NCBI GenBank assembly: GCA_964291235.2
Contig: OZ219816.1
Location: forward strand, 928,001-992,000
Origin: Vicinamibacteria bacterium
Lineage (GTDB): Bacteria > Acidobacteriota > Vicinamibacteria > Marinacidobacterales > Marinacidobacteraceae
Direction: 5' to 3'
Length of the DNA stretch: 64,000 nucleotides
The notes under the pieces are model-generated. The model saw only the letters and a program-made list of their open reading frames with translations, was not told the origin of the DNA and ran no database searches. This document shows positions 9,476 through 19,173 of this stretch, piece after piece (the first letter of the stretch is position 1; every line of letters starts with the position of its first letter). Made by a program: the position numbers and the translations under genes.

Positions 9476-11536
9476 ATGCCCCGTTTTCGTTTTCTCTCCT
9501 CTATTGCTCTCGGCCTGCTGGTGGCCTCCGTCGCCGCCGCGCAGGACAAACGGCCCATGACGATCGTCGAGCTGATCGACGTTCCGTCGGTGGGCAGTCC
9601 GCGCCTGTCTCCTGACGGGAGCCAGATCCTCTACACCCGGACCGATACGGACTGGGAAAAGAACGGCCGGACTACCCACATCTGGCGGATCAACAGCGAT
9701 GGGAGCGGGGAGGTCCAGCTCACCAACGGAGCGGAGGGAGAGTCCAGCCCGCGCTGGTCGCCCGACGGCGCCCGCGTCGCCTTTCTCGCGAAGCGTGGTG
9801 AGAACGAGCACACCCAGATCTACGTGATGCGGAACCGGGGAGGGGAAGCCTCTCCGCTCACGAGCCACGACAGTTCGGTGGGGTCCTTCCAGTTCTCGCC
9901 CGACGGCAAGCACATCTTCTTCGTCGCTTCCGATCCGAAGAGCGCGAAGGAGAAGAAAAAGGACAAACTCAAGGACGACGTCTTCGCCTTCGACGAGGAC
10001 TACAAGCAGCGCCACCTCTTCCGGGTGGCCACTGACGGTGACGGACCGCAGAAGGGGGAGCGGCTCACCGAGGGCGACTATTCGGTGATCGGGTTCCGGC
10101 TCTCCGATGACGGTATGCGCATCGCGCACCACCGGTCGGTCAGCCCGCTGGTGGACAACCGGGACGAGGGCGAAGTCTGGCTCATGGATGCGGATGGCGG
10201 GAACGCGTTGCAGTTGACGGACAACACGGTGAGCGAGTTCGGCGCCCAGCTTTCGCCGGATGGCGCCCACGTGATGTTCCTCTCGGACTCGAGCGCCGAC
10301 TTCGAGACCTACTTCAACGACAACATCTTCGTGCTGCCGGCCGCCGGAGGCGCGCATCGGTTGCTGTACGAGGACATGCCGCACGAGGTCAACAGCGCGC
10401 GCTGGGCTCCCGACGGCTCGGTCTACTTCACGGCGAACACCGGAGTCCGCACCGAACTCTTCCACGGCTCGCTGGACGACGACGCGCCGAAAGCGCTCAC
10501 CGCTGGCGACCACTCGCTCACCGGGTGGAACTTTTCCGCGGCTGCCGGTAAGCACGTGTTCGGGATCAGCAACCGCGAGAACAACGGCGACCTGCACCTG
10601 CTGCCCGCGGACGGTGGGGATCCGATGAAGGTCACGAGCGTGTTCGACTACCTCGCGGAGACTTTCGAGCTGCCGGTCCAGGAGGCGATCCGCTGGAAGG
10701 GCGACGACGGTGCGGAAGTGGAGGGGCTTCTCTACTACCCGCTCGACTACCAGGAGGGGGAGCGCTACCCGCTGGTGGTGCAGACCCACGGCGGCCCGGC
10801 GGCCTCCGACAAGTTTGGCTTCGGCCGCTGGAGCAGCTACGTGCAGGTGCTCACCGCGCGCGGTTGGGCGGTCTTCAAGCCCAACTACCGGGGGAGCACC
10901 GGGTACGGCGACGAGGTCCTCCGGGACATGGTGGGCCACTACTACCGCCAGTCGCACCTCGACGTGATGACGGGCGTGGACCACCTGATCGAACTCGGGA
11001 TCGTGGACGGCGACCGGATGGTCAAGATGGGCTGGAGCGGGGGCGGCCACATGACGAACAAGATCATCACCCACACCGACCGCTTCAAGGCGGCGGCGTC
11101 CGGCGCCGGTGCGGTGAACTGGATCTCGATGTACGGGACGAGCGACGTGCGGATCTACCGGACCCCGTGGTTCGGGGGAACGCCCTGGCAGGAGGACGCG
11201 CCGATCGACACCTACTGGGGACACTCGCCGCTCAAGGACATCTACAAGGCGACCACGCCGACGATCGTGCTCGTCGGGGAGAACGACGTTCGGGTCCCGC
11301 CGGAGCAGTCGGTGGAGCTTTACCGGGCGCTCAAGTCGAACGGAGTGGACACCCATCTCTACATCGCGCCGCGGGAGCCCCACGGCTGGCGGGAACTCCG
11401 TCACGAACTTTTCAAGGTGAATGTCGAGATCGACTGGTTCGAGCGTCACGCACGCGGTATCGAGTACGAGTGGGAGACGGCTCCGGGCGACGACGAGGAG
11501 ATGGACACCGCCACCACCGACGAAGAAAGCCCGTGA
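9476..11536 (+). CDS. Exported S9 family (prolyl oligopeptidase/acylaminoacyl) peptidase, copy 1
   Basis: Signal peptide, SPDG propeller repeats, HGGP, NYRGSTGYG, nucleophile GWSGGG, D(VRVP), EPH. Confidence 0.95.
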   Translation: MPRFRFLSSIALGLLVASVAAAQDKRPMTIVELIDVPSVGSPRLSPDGSQILYTRTDTDWEKNGRTTHIWRINSDGSGEVQLTNGAEGESSPRWSPDGARVAFLAKRGENEHTQIYVMRNRGGEASPLTSHDSSVGSFQFSPDGKHIFFVASDPKSAKEKKKDKLKDDVFAFDEDYKQRHLFRVATDGDGPQKGERLTEGDYSVIGFRLSDDGMRIAHHRSVSPLVDNRDEGEVWLMDADGGNALQLTDNTVSEFGAQLSPDGAHVMFLSDSSADFETYFNDNIFVLPAAGGAHRLLYEDMPHEVNSARWAPDGSVYFTANTGVRTELFHGSLDDDAPKALTAGDHSLTGWNFSAAAGKHVFGISNRENNGDLHLLPADGGDPMKVTSVFDYLAETFELPVQEAIRWKGDDGAEVEGLLYYPLDYQEGERYPLVVQTHGGPAASDKFGFGRWSSYVQVLTARGWAVFKPNYRGSTGYGDEVLRDMVGHYYRQSHLDVMTGVDHLIELGIVDGDRMVKMGWSGGGHMTNKIITHTDRFKAAASGAGAVNWISMYGTSDVRIYRTPWFGGTPWQEDAPIDTYWGHSPLKDIYKATTPTIVLVGENDVRVPPEQSVELYRALKSNGVDTHLYIAPREPHGWRELRHELFKVNVEIDWFERHARGIEYEWETAPGDDEEMDTATTDEESP

Positions 11537-11538
11537 CC

Positions 11539-11575
11539 GGCTGAGAGTCCCGGCCGCCGGCCGGGACTCTCAGCC
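11539..11575 (+). terminator. Perfect 17-bp hairpin after S9 copy 1 (terminator or mRNA stabiliser; no U-tract)
   Basis: GGCTGAGAGTCCCGGCC-GCC-GGCCGGGACTCTCAGCC. Confidence 0.55.
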
Positions 11576-11683
11576 TGTGGTGAAACCCGCCTGAGCGCCG
11601 GGAGCGCCAGCTCTCCCGGTGGAAGGGCGGTTCAGCCGAGATGCATCGCCGCTTGAACGTCGCGGGGGTTTTGCCACAGGCTG
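11571..11683. mobile_element. MITE-like 113-bp element with 18-bp terminal inverted repeats
   Basis: CAGCCTGTGGTGAAACCC (11571-11588) versus GGGTTTTGCCACAGGCTG (11666-11683), 16/18 match; followed by TTAA; non-coding interior. Confidence 0.55.
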
Positions 11684-11713
11684 TTAAGGCTTCAAAGGCC
11701 GGAGGATCCCCCC

Positions 11714-13786
11714 ATGCGTGATTTCGCTCCCTTCCGGAGGCGTTTTGCCTCTGCCCTGATCGGCTTGGCGGTCCTTGCCGCTACGGCATCGGCCCAGGAC
11801 CAGCGTCCCATGACGATCGTCGATCTGATCGACCTTCCCCGGCTAGGCAGCCCCCGGCTGTCCCCCGACGGGACCCAGCTCCTCTACACCCGCTCCGACG
11901 CCGACTGGGAGGACAACGGCCGGACGACGCACATCCACCGGATCGGGACGGACGGCAGCGGCGAGGTGCGCCTGACCAACGGGGAACACGGGGAATCCAG
12001 CCCCCGCTGGTCTCCGGACGGGGAATGGGTGGCGTTCCTCGCCCGAAGGGGAGCCGGACCGTTCACCCAGGTCCATCGGATCCCCAACCAGGGCGGAGAG
12101 GCGTCGCCGCTCACCCAGCACGAGAGTTCCGTGCAGTCCTTCGCGTTCTCGCCGGACGGAAAGCACATCTACTTCATCGCGCCGGATCCGAAGACCGCGG
12201 AGGAGAAGCGGAAGGACGACCTGCGCGATGACTTCTTCGCCTTCGACGAGGACTACAAGCAGCGGCACCTCTTCCGGGTGGCAACCTCCGGGGACGGCCC
12301 CCGGGAGGCGGAACGGATCACCCGCGGGGACTTCTCGATCCTGGAGTTCCGCCTCTCGGACGACGGAGCGAGGATCGCCCATTCGCGGGCGCCCACCCCG
12401 CTGCTCGACAACCGCGACGAGGGTGAAGTCTGGATCATGGACGCCGACGGCGGGAACGCTTTGCAACTGACCGACAACACGGTCACCGAGAGCGGTGCGC
12501 AACTGTCGCCGGACGGCGCCTGGGTCCTGTTCGTGTCAGCCTCCAGCGCCGACTTCGAGACCTACTACAACAGAAACGTCTTCCTGGCGCCGGCCACCGG
12601 CGGACCGCACCGGCTGCTCTACGAAACCTGGCCGTACGAGGCGAACGGAGCCACCTGGGCTCCCGACGGATCGATCTACTTCATCGGCAACACCGGCGTC
12701 CGAAGCCAGATCTTCCATGCGGGCGTGGAGGACGACGAGCCCAGCGCCCTCACCTCGGGGGACCACACGATCGTGGGCTGGAACTTCGCCCGGGCGCCTG
12801 GCCGGCACGTCTTCGGCGTCAGTAGCCGCGAAAACAACGGCGACATCCATGTGCTGCCGGCGGAAGGCGGCGATCCGCTCAAGGTCACCAGCGTGTTCGA
12901 CTATCTCGACGAAACCTTCGAGCTGCCGGCCCAGGAAGCCGTCCGCTGGCAGGGGGAGGACAGCGTCGAGGTCGAGGGGCTCCTCTTCTACCCGCTCGAC
13001 TATCAGGAGGGCCAGCGCTACCCGCTGGTGGTGCAGACGCATGGCGGGCCGCGGTCCTCCGACAAGTTCTCCTTCGGGCGCTGGAGCAATTACGTCCAGG
13101 TTCTGGCGGCGCGCGGCTACGCGGTCTTCAAGCCCAACTACCGCGGCAGCACCGGGTACGGGGACGATTTCCTGCGCGACATGGTGGGCCACTACTTCAA
13201 CCAGGCCCATCTCGACGTGATGGCCGGTGTGGACCATCTCATCGAAATGGGGATCGCCGACGGCGACCGGATGGCCAAGATGGGCTGGTCGGCGGGGGGC
13301 CACATGACGAACAAGATCATCACCCACACCGGCCGCTTCAAGGCGGCCTCCTCGGGCGCGGGTGCGGTGAACTGGATTTCGATGTACGGCCAGAGCGACG
13401 TGCGGCATCCCCGCACGCCCTGGTTCGGGGGAACTCCCTGGGAGGAGGACGCTCCGATCGACGCGTACTGGGGGAATTCCCCGCTCAAGGACATCTACCG
13501 GGTCACCACCCCCACGATCGTCATCGTCGGCGAAAACGACGTGCGCGTGCCGATGCCGCAGTCGGTCGAGCTCTATCGGGCGCTACGGACAAACGGGGTG
13601 GACACCCACCTCTACATCGCGCCGCGGGAGCCGCACGGCCTGCGCGAACTCCGCCACCAGCTCTTCAAGGTCAATGTCGAACTCGAGTGGTTCGAGCGCC
13701 ACGTCCGGGGGCTGGTGTACGACTGGGAGACGGCTCCCGGGGAAGAAGGCAAGGGGACGGCCGCCACCGACGGCCCGAATCCATAG
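11714..13786 (+). CDS. Exported S9 family peptidase, copy 2 (tandem paralog)
   Basis: Colinear with copy 1 over its full length; GWSAGG nucleophile; GGAGG RBS. Confidence 0.95.
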   Translation: MRDFAPFRRRFASALIGLAVLAATASAQDQRPMTIVDLIDLPRLGSPRLSPDGTQLLYTRSDADWEDNGRTTHIHRIGTDGSGEVRLTNGEHGESSPRWSPDGEWVAFLARRGAGPFTQVHRIPNQGGEASPLTQHESSVQSFAFSPDGKHIYFIAPDPKTAEEKRKDDLRDDFFAFDEDYKQRHLFRVATSGDGPREAERITRGDFSILEFRLSDDGARIAHSRAPTPLLDNRDEGEVWIMDADGGNALQLTDNTVTESGAQLSPDGAWVLFVSASSADFETYYNRNVFLAPATGGPHRLLYETWPYEANGATWAPDGSIYFIGNTGVRSQIFHAGVEDDEPSALTSGDHTIVGWNFARAPGRHVFGVSSRENNGDIHVLPAEGGDPLKVTSVFDYLDETFELPAQEAVRWQGEDSVEVEGLLFYPLDYQEGQRYPLVVQTHGGPRSSDKFSFGRWSNYVQVLAARGYAVFKPNYRGSTGYGDDFLRDMVGHYFNQAHLDVMAGVDHLIEMGIADGDRMAKMGWSAGGHMTNKIITHTGRFKAASSGAGAVNWISMYGQSDVRHPRTPWFGGTPWEEDAPIDAYWGNSPLKDIYRVTTPTIVIVGENDVRVPMPQSVELYRALRTNGVDTHLYIAPREPHGLRELRHQLFKVNVELEWFERHVRGLVYDWETAPGEEGKGTAATDGPNP

Positions 13787-13814
13787 TCCCGGGAACCGGG
13801 GGATCGCCGGAGAC

Positions 13815-14561
13815 ATGTGCGGACGCTTTACCCAGTCGTCCTCCTGGGAGGAGACGGCTGAGCTCTTTGACCTCGATGAGAGTCCCGGCGATCTTCCGCC
13901 CCGCTACAACGTGGCCCCGACCCAGCTCGCCGCCGTGGTGCGGAACGAAGACGTCCGCCGCCTCCGGATGCTTCGCTGGGGCCTGATCCCGAGCGGAGCG
14001 CGTGACCCCGCGATCGGAAACCGGCTCATCAACGCCCGTGCCGAGACCGTGAGCACCCGGCCGTCCTTTCGGGCCGCCTACGCGGCGCGACGCTGCCTCG
14101 TCCCGGTGAGCGGCTTTTTCGAATGGGAGCGGCGTGGCCGGCTTCGCCAGCCCTGGCTGTTCCGCATGCGGGAGGGCGGCCCGTTCGCGCTGGCCGGCGT
14201 TTTCGAGCGGTGGCGGGCGCCCCCGGGACTGCTCGGGAATCCCGCGGCGAAGGCCGGGAAATCCGGAGAGCTCGAGACGTTCGCCATTCTCACCACCGAC
14301 GCGAACGAGGTGGTCGGCCGGGTGCACGACCGCATGCCGGTCATCGTGCACCCGGTGGCGTTCGAACGCTGGCTCGGCGGTGGTGAGGTGCCCCTCGGTC
14401 CCTTCCCCCCCGAAGCGATGGCCGCCTTCCCGGTGAGCCCGGTCGTGAACAATCCCGCGCACGACGACCCGCGCTGCGTCGAGCCACTCGACCTTTCGGC
14501 AGGGAGTGGCCGGGGAAGCACGGGAGGCGGTTCTCCGCCGAGCCTGTTCGGCGGCCGCTGA
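13815..14561 (+). CDS. SOS response-associated peptidase (SRAP/YedK/HMCES family)
   Basis: N-terminal MCGRF (catalytic Cys2), RYNVAPTQ, WGLIP, INARAET, GFFEW, HDRMP. Confidence 0.95.
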   Translation: MCGRFTQSSSWEETAELFDLDESPGDLPPRYNVAPTQLAAVVRNEDVRRLRMLRWGLIPSGARDPAIGNRLINARAETVSTRPSFRAAYAARRCLVPVSGFFEWERRGRLRQPWLFRMREGGPFALAGVFERWRAPPGLLGNPAAKAGKSGELETFAILTTDANEVVGRVHDRMPVIVHPVAFERWLGGGEVPLGPFPPEAMAAFPVSPVVNNPAHDDPRCVEPLDLSAGSGRGSTGGGSPPSLFGGR

Positions 14562-14586
14562 AGCCACGGCCCGGCCGCCGGAACCG

Positions 14587-16857
14587 CTAACGCGACAGCT
14601 CCGTCCGAATCCTCTCCAGCAGGCTGACGGCATCCGGACCTGCCCGAAGTTCGACCGCCCGTTCGGCCCACGGCAGCGCCTCGGCCCACCGACCCTGCTG
14701 GGCGTGGAGGATGGCCAGCGCGTTCAGGAACGCCGGCGTGTCGGGTTCCGCGGAATCGGCCCGCCGCAGCGCTGCCTCCGCCTCCCTGGGGCGGCCGACG
14801 CGCTGGAGGGCGAGCCCGTGGTTGTAGTGGACCCGTGCCTGCTCGGGTAGCAGGGTGGCCGCGCGCTCCAGATGCCCGAGAGCGGCCTCGAGTTGGCCTC
14901 GCTCGGCCAGCAGGAGCCCCAGCGAATAGTGCGCGTCGCCGGCGTCGGGGGTTCTCGCCAGGGCGTTTTGGAGGGTGACCTCGGCTTCGGGAGTCCTTCC
15001 GAGCCGGCTTAGAAGTACGGCGAGGTTTCGACTCGCCGGCCAGAAGGCGGGATCGAGCGACAGAGACCGCCGGTAGTCGCGCAGGGCCCGCTCATGGTCG
15101 CCGGTCGCGGTGTGAAAGTTGCCGAGGCGGTAATGGGTGTCCGGGTGGTCCGCCCGCGCCGCGGCTGCCGCCTCGAACTCCACCCGCGCCGCGGCGAAAG
15201 CGGACTGAGCATCTCCGGCAAGTTGCGCGGCAGCGGGAGCGATTGCCTCGGCGGCCTCAACCCGGACGGCGCGGAGGGGATCACGCAGCAGGCGGGCCCC
15301 GACGCGGAGACGCCCGGCGGGCGGCAACGCGCCGAGGCCGGCGGCGGCCGCCATCCGGACGACGGGCTCGGCATCTTCGAAGGCCCCCGGCATCCGCGGC
15401 GCCCCGCCGGGTCCGTAGGCACTGAGGTACCGGAGCGCGGTGGCCCGGGCGATCGGCGGTTGCTCGTCGTCCCTGGCCACGACAATCAGGTCGTCCACGG
15501 CTCCCGGTCGGTCTTCGCGCGCGGCAGCGAACGCCTCTCCGTAGTGCGGCCCCCGGCGCCGGCCGGGGCCGTACCAGGCCGCGACCCTCTCCGCGGCCCA
15601 CTCCGGGCTCTCCCCCGCGTGGCACGTGGTGCAGGCGTCCGGGCTGCCGGTGACGGCCGACAGATCGGGACGCGGGATGCGGAAACTGTGATCCCGGCGC
15701 GGGTCCACCACCATGTAGGTGCGCTCCGGCATGTGGCAGTTCACGCACCGGGCGCCGTCGCTGCCCTCCGGATGGAAGTGATGCTCCGGGGAGTTGTAGG
15801 TCTTGCGGGTCAGCGTCGGGAACCGGTCGAGCGGCGCGTCCGGGTGGTGGCACTGCTCGCAGACCGCGTTCCCAAGGACGCGCAGGCCAAGACTGTGCGG
15901 GTTGTGACAGTCGCTGCAGCGCACCCCTTCGGCGAACATGCGGCTCTGCACAAACGATCCGTATTCGTACGCTTCCCCCAGGATCTGGCCATCGGCGTGG
16001 TAGAAGCCGGTGTCCAGCAGGGTGGGGCGGAATCGGTCGAAAAAGGTGTCGGCTGGAGAGGGCTCGCCGTGGATCGGCGACCTAAGCGAATGGCAGGCGG
16101 CGCACGACTCGACCTCGAAGGCGCTGTCGCCGTAGCGAACGCCCAGGCCGAGGTCTCCGGTGACCTCGGCAGCGGCGGGGCGGCGTTCGTCAGCCCATGC
16201 GAGGTGGCGCCCGCCGGGGCCGTGACAGGCCTGGCAGCCGACGTCGATCGCGTTCCAGGTCGTCCGGTAGGTCCGGGTCGCCGCGTCGTAGTTGACTTCG
16301 AGGTTCGTCGAATGGCAGTCGGCGCAGCCGGAGTTCCAGGTCTGGCGCCAACCGGTCCAGTGGAACGGATCGCCGGCCGGAATCGCTTCGTCGGGATAGA
16401 GGTGAAACCAGGCGCCCCGGACGGTGTCCCAGGCGATGCCGAGCGCCTGCAGGCGGCCGCCGGGGAGCGGAACCAGGTACTGCTGGAGCGGTTCGACTCC
16501 GAACGTGTAGCGGATCTCGAAATCCCCGGGCGTGCCGTCCGGTCCGTCGGTGTTGACGAAAAACCCCCCATCCCGCCGGAAGAAACGGGACTCCACCCCA
16601 AAGTGGTGGAAGGAAGCGTCGTCGAAGTCACCAAGCACGGTGTCCTCGGTGGCCTCCTGCATGGCCAGGTCGTGGTGGGATTCGAGCCAGTCGTCGTACT
16701 GCTGGAGATGGCAGCCACGGCAGCGTGAATCCTCGACGTACCCGGATCCCGCGAGCGCCGCTGGCGGGACTCCGGTCTTTGCCGAGAGGCCGGTCTCTTC
16801 GGAAACGGGACCCTCGCGGCCGCTCGAGAGCGGCCCGCACCCGGCCAGGAAAGCCAT
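14587..16857 (-). CDS. Octaheme c-type cytochrome with HEAT and TPR repeats, probable lipoprotein
   Basis: Eight CxxCH motifs (CRGCH, CADCH, CQACH, CAACH, CSDCH, CEQCH, CVNCH, CTTCH), lipobox-like FLAGC, C-terminal TPRs; start uncertain (about 16857-16930). Confidence 0.88.
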   Translation of the reverse strand: MAFLAGCGPLSSGREGPVSEETGLSAKTGVPPAALAGSGYVEDSRCRGCHLQQYDDWLESHHDLAMQEATEDTVLGDFDDASFHHFGVESRFFRRDGGFFVNTDGPDGTPGDFEIRYTFGVEPLQQYLVPLPGGRLQALGIAWDTVRGAWFHLYPDEAIPAGDPFHWTGWRQTWNSGCADCHSTNLEVNYDAATRTYRTTWNAIDVGCQACHGPGGRHLAWADERRPAAAEVTGDLGLGVRYGDSAFEVESCAACHSLRSPIHGEPSPADTFFDRFRPTLLDTGFYHADGQILGEAYEYGSFVQSRMFAEGVRCSDCHNPHSLGLRVLGNAVCEQCHHPDAPLDRFPTLTRKTYNSPEHHFHPEGSDGARCVNCHMPERTYMVVDPRRDHSFRIPRPDLSAVTGSPDACTTCHAGESPEWAAERVAAWYGPGRRRGPHYGEAFAAAREDRPGAVDDLIVVARDDEQPPIARATALRYLSAYGPGGAPRMPGAFEDAEPVVRMAAAAGLGALPPAGRLRVGARLLRDPLRAVRVEAAEAIAPAAAQLAGDAQSAFAAARVEFEAAAAARADHPDTHYRLGNFHTATGDHERALRDYRRSLSLDPAFWPASRNLAVLLSRLGRTPEAEVTLQNALARTPDAGDAHYSLGLLLAERGQLEAALGHLERAATLLPEQARVHYNHGLALQRVGRPREAEAALRRADSAEPDTPAFLNALAILHAQQGRWAEALPWAERAVELRAGPDAVSLLERIRTELSR

Positions 16858-16937
16858 GGCCACCGCGAAGCAGCGGAGGCGGCTTCCGGCTGGCGCCCGG
16901 CGGACCGGCGGCGCCGGCGCGGGTCCCAATGCGGGGA

Positions 16938-18053
16938 TCAGGGAGTGCCGGCGTGTTCCAGAGCCGTCTCGGCGAGGCGGCGCGCCGTTTCGGGCAGGCC
17001 GTCCGCGCTTTGGACGTTCGAGAACACGGCGACCGCGACCCCGCGCTCCGGAAGGCGCAGCAGTCGGGTGCTGCCCCCCGTGGCTCCTCCCGAGTGGGCG
17101 ACCCAGGTGCCCATGTCGTCCGTCGCGATGCGCCAACCAAGCGCGTATTCGCTCATGGTGCCGTCGGCGAGCTGATAGGGAGTCGTCATCCGGTCGTGGG
17201 TCGAGGCCGGGAGGATCGTTTCTGCGTCGATCGCGAGCGCGAAGCGGACCAGATCGGGCGCGGCGGCGATCATTCCACCGCCAGCCCACTTGATCGACAG
17301 GTCGGCAAACGGGGCGTTCAGCACGCCGGCGGCGTCCTCCCGTTTCACGTACTGGCGCACCCGGTTCGGGACGATGTCACCCTGGTGCTCCAGGTAGGTC
17401 GTTTCCATTCCGGCTGGCCCCCAGACGTTTTCCTGCATGTAGGCGTCGAAAGTCTGTCCCGAGACGTTCTCGACGATGCCGGCCACGATGTTCCAGGCGT
17501 AGGACGAATAGCTGTACTGCGTCCCGGGCTCGAAGAGGAGCGGGTCGTCCTTGAAGATCTCGATGGCGGCCTCGATGGTGTCGAAATGGTCCTTCATGTC
17601 CATCTCGCCCGGGTTGTAGTGACGGATTCCCGACGTGTGGGTCATGAGATGGCGGACGGTGATGGGAGACTCCTTCTCGGGGAAGGCCGGAAAGTAGGTC
17701 TGGACCTCGGCATCGAGGTCGACGGCGCCCTGCTCCACGAGCTGCATGAGCGCGACCCCCGCGACCGGCTTCGAAATGGAAGCGATCCGGTACACGCTCT
17801 CGGCGGTTGCCGGCACCGCGTTCTCGATGTCGGCCAGTCCCGAAGCGCCGCTCCAGACGAGCTCTCCGTTCACGGCGACCGCGGCGGAGAGACCGGGACT
17901 TCCGGCGGCGTCCCGGGCCTCCGCGACGATGGCGGCCAGTGTCTCTTCGAGGGTGGGTTCGGGGTCGGCCCCGCCGCACCCGCCGAACAGTGCGAAGACG
18001 ACAAGGGCGGCTGGCAGCCGCAGGTCAACTCTCTTGAAAGCCAGGCGGTTCAT
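16938..18053 (-). CDS. Serine hydrolase, beta-lactamase class C/S12 family lipoprotein
   Basis: SISK (SxxK), LMTHTSG, YSS and HSG motifs; lipobox FGGC. Confidence 0.92.
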   Translation of the reverse strand: MNRLAFKRVDLRLPAALVVFALFGGCGGADPEPTLEETLAAIVAEARDAAGSPGLSAAVAVNGELVWSGASGLADIENAVPATAESVYRIASISKPVAGVALMQLVEQGAVDLDAEVQTYFPAFPEKESPITVRHLMTHTSGIRHYNPGEMDMKDHFDTIEAAIEIFKDDPLLFEPGTQYSYSSYAWNIVAGIVENVSGQTFDAYMQENVWGPAGMETTYLEHQGDIVPNRVRQYVKREDAAGVLNAPFADLSIKWAGGGMIAAAPDLVRFALAIDAETILPASTHDRMTTPYQLADGTMSEYALGWRIATDDMGTWVAHSGGATGGSTRLLRLPERGVAVAVFSNVQSADGLPETARRLAETALEHAGTP

Positions 18054-18063
18054 GGCTTACCCC

Positions 18064-19173
18064 CTATGGATTGTCAGCGGGCAGGTGGGCGGTGGCCGCC
18101 TCCCACACCCGCTCGAAGTTGCCGCCGAGGATCGCCTCGACTGCATCGCTGTCAAAACCGGCTTCGGCGAGCGCTTCCGCAATCGCTTCGAAGTTGGCCT
18201 CTTCGCCGAACCCTTCACTGTAGGCCGACATGCCTCTCAGATCGCTCCCGATGCCCGCCGCGGTCATCCCTCCCGTATCCGTGACATGGCGGATGTGCCG
18301 CGCCATGTCGGAGACGGTGGGAACCTGGCTCCCGTTGGGCCAGATCCCGATCACCCCGCCGTCCGCAGCGATCGCGCGAATCTCGGGATCGCGGAGGTTC
18401 CGGTCGGCTTCGCCGAGCGCGAACGCTCCGGTGTGGCTGAAGATGACAGGAACCCGGGACAGCTCCAGGGTGTCCCGGATTGTCTCCGGATTGGCGTGGG
18501 CCAAGTCGATGACGATGCCGAGGCGGTTGCACTCGCGGACCACCTCGCGTCCGAACTCGGTGAGCCCCCCGGGGGTATAGGGCCAGGTCTGAATGTGCCC
18601 GATCCCGTTCGGCCGGAAGTGGACGAGCTGGGCCACGGCGAGTCCCATCTGATGCAGTTCGTGGAGCCGCTCGATCCTGCCCTCGAGGGAGTCCGATCCT
18701 TCGAGCGCCGGGAGGATCGCCAGCGCTCCGTCCGCCCGGGCCCGGCGCGCCTCGGCCGGGGTCCGGACGAAGACGGCGTTCCCCTCTCGGGCGGTCCGCG
18801 TCAGCCGCTCGAAGCGGTCGAGGGTGTATTCCCAGGGCTCTCCCGGATCGGGGCGGCGATTGCCGGACTCAATCCGGGTACCGTCGCGCAGGACGTAGCC
18901 ACCCCGGTATGGGGTATCGGTGCTGATGGTCGCCACCACGGCGTCCATGCCGCGGTCGAGGTAGCGGGCGATCTCCTCATCGCTGATCCGGGGCACGTTG
19001 GCCCGGTGAAAGCGGGACGGGTGGGAGTGGAGATCGATCCGGAGCGGGCCCTCCTGAGCGGCGGCGAGGCCGGCGGTGAGTGTGGGCGCGGCGAGGCAGA
19101 GTGCCGCGGCTCGCACCGCCGCCGGGAACGGGTGGCGTCTCCGGCAGCGTCCTCGCCGCGGTCCGGAGACCAC
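18064..19173 (-). CDS. Membrane dipeptidase (M19) family, exported
   Basis: DLHSH, LEG, GLTEFGREVVRECNRLGIVIDLAH, FSH, RNL.D, GIGSD; signal peptide. Confidence 0.9.
   Translation of the reverse strand: MVSGPRRGRCRRRHPFPAAVRAAALCLAAPTLTAGLAAAQEGPLRIDLHSHPSRFHRANVPRISDEEIARYLDRGMDAVVATISTDTPYRGGYVLRDGTRIESGNRRPDPGEPWEYTLDRFERLTRTAREGNAVFVRTPAEARRARADGALAILPALEGSDSLEGRIERLHELHQMGLAVAQLVHFRPNGIGHIQTWPYTPGGLTEFGREVVRECNRLGIVIDLAHANPETIRDTLELSRVPVIFSHTGAFALGEADRNLRDPEIRAIAADGGVIGIWPNGSQVPTVSDMARHIRHVTDTGGMTAAGIGSDLRGMSAYSEGFGEEANFEAIAEALAEAGFDSDAVEAILGGNFERVWEAATAHLPADNP

Noticed and set aside
16938-18053. Antibiotic-resistance beta-lactamase
   Set aside because: Motifs (YSS, HSG) fit the broad serine hydrolase family rather than AmpC (YxN, KTG)
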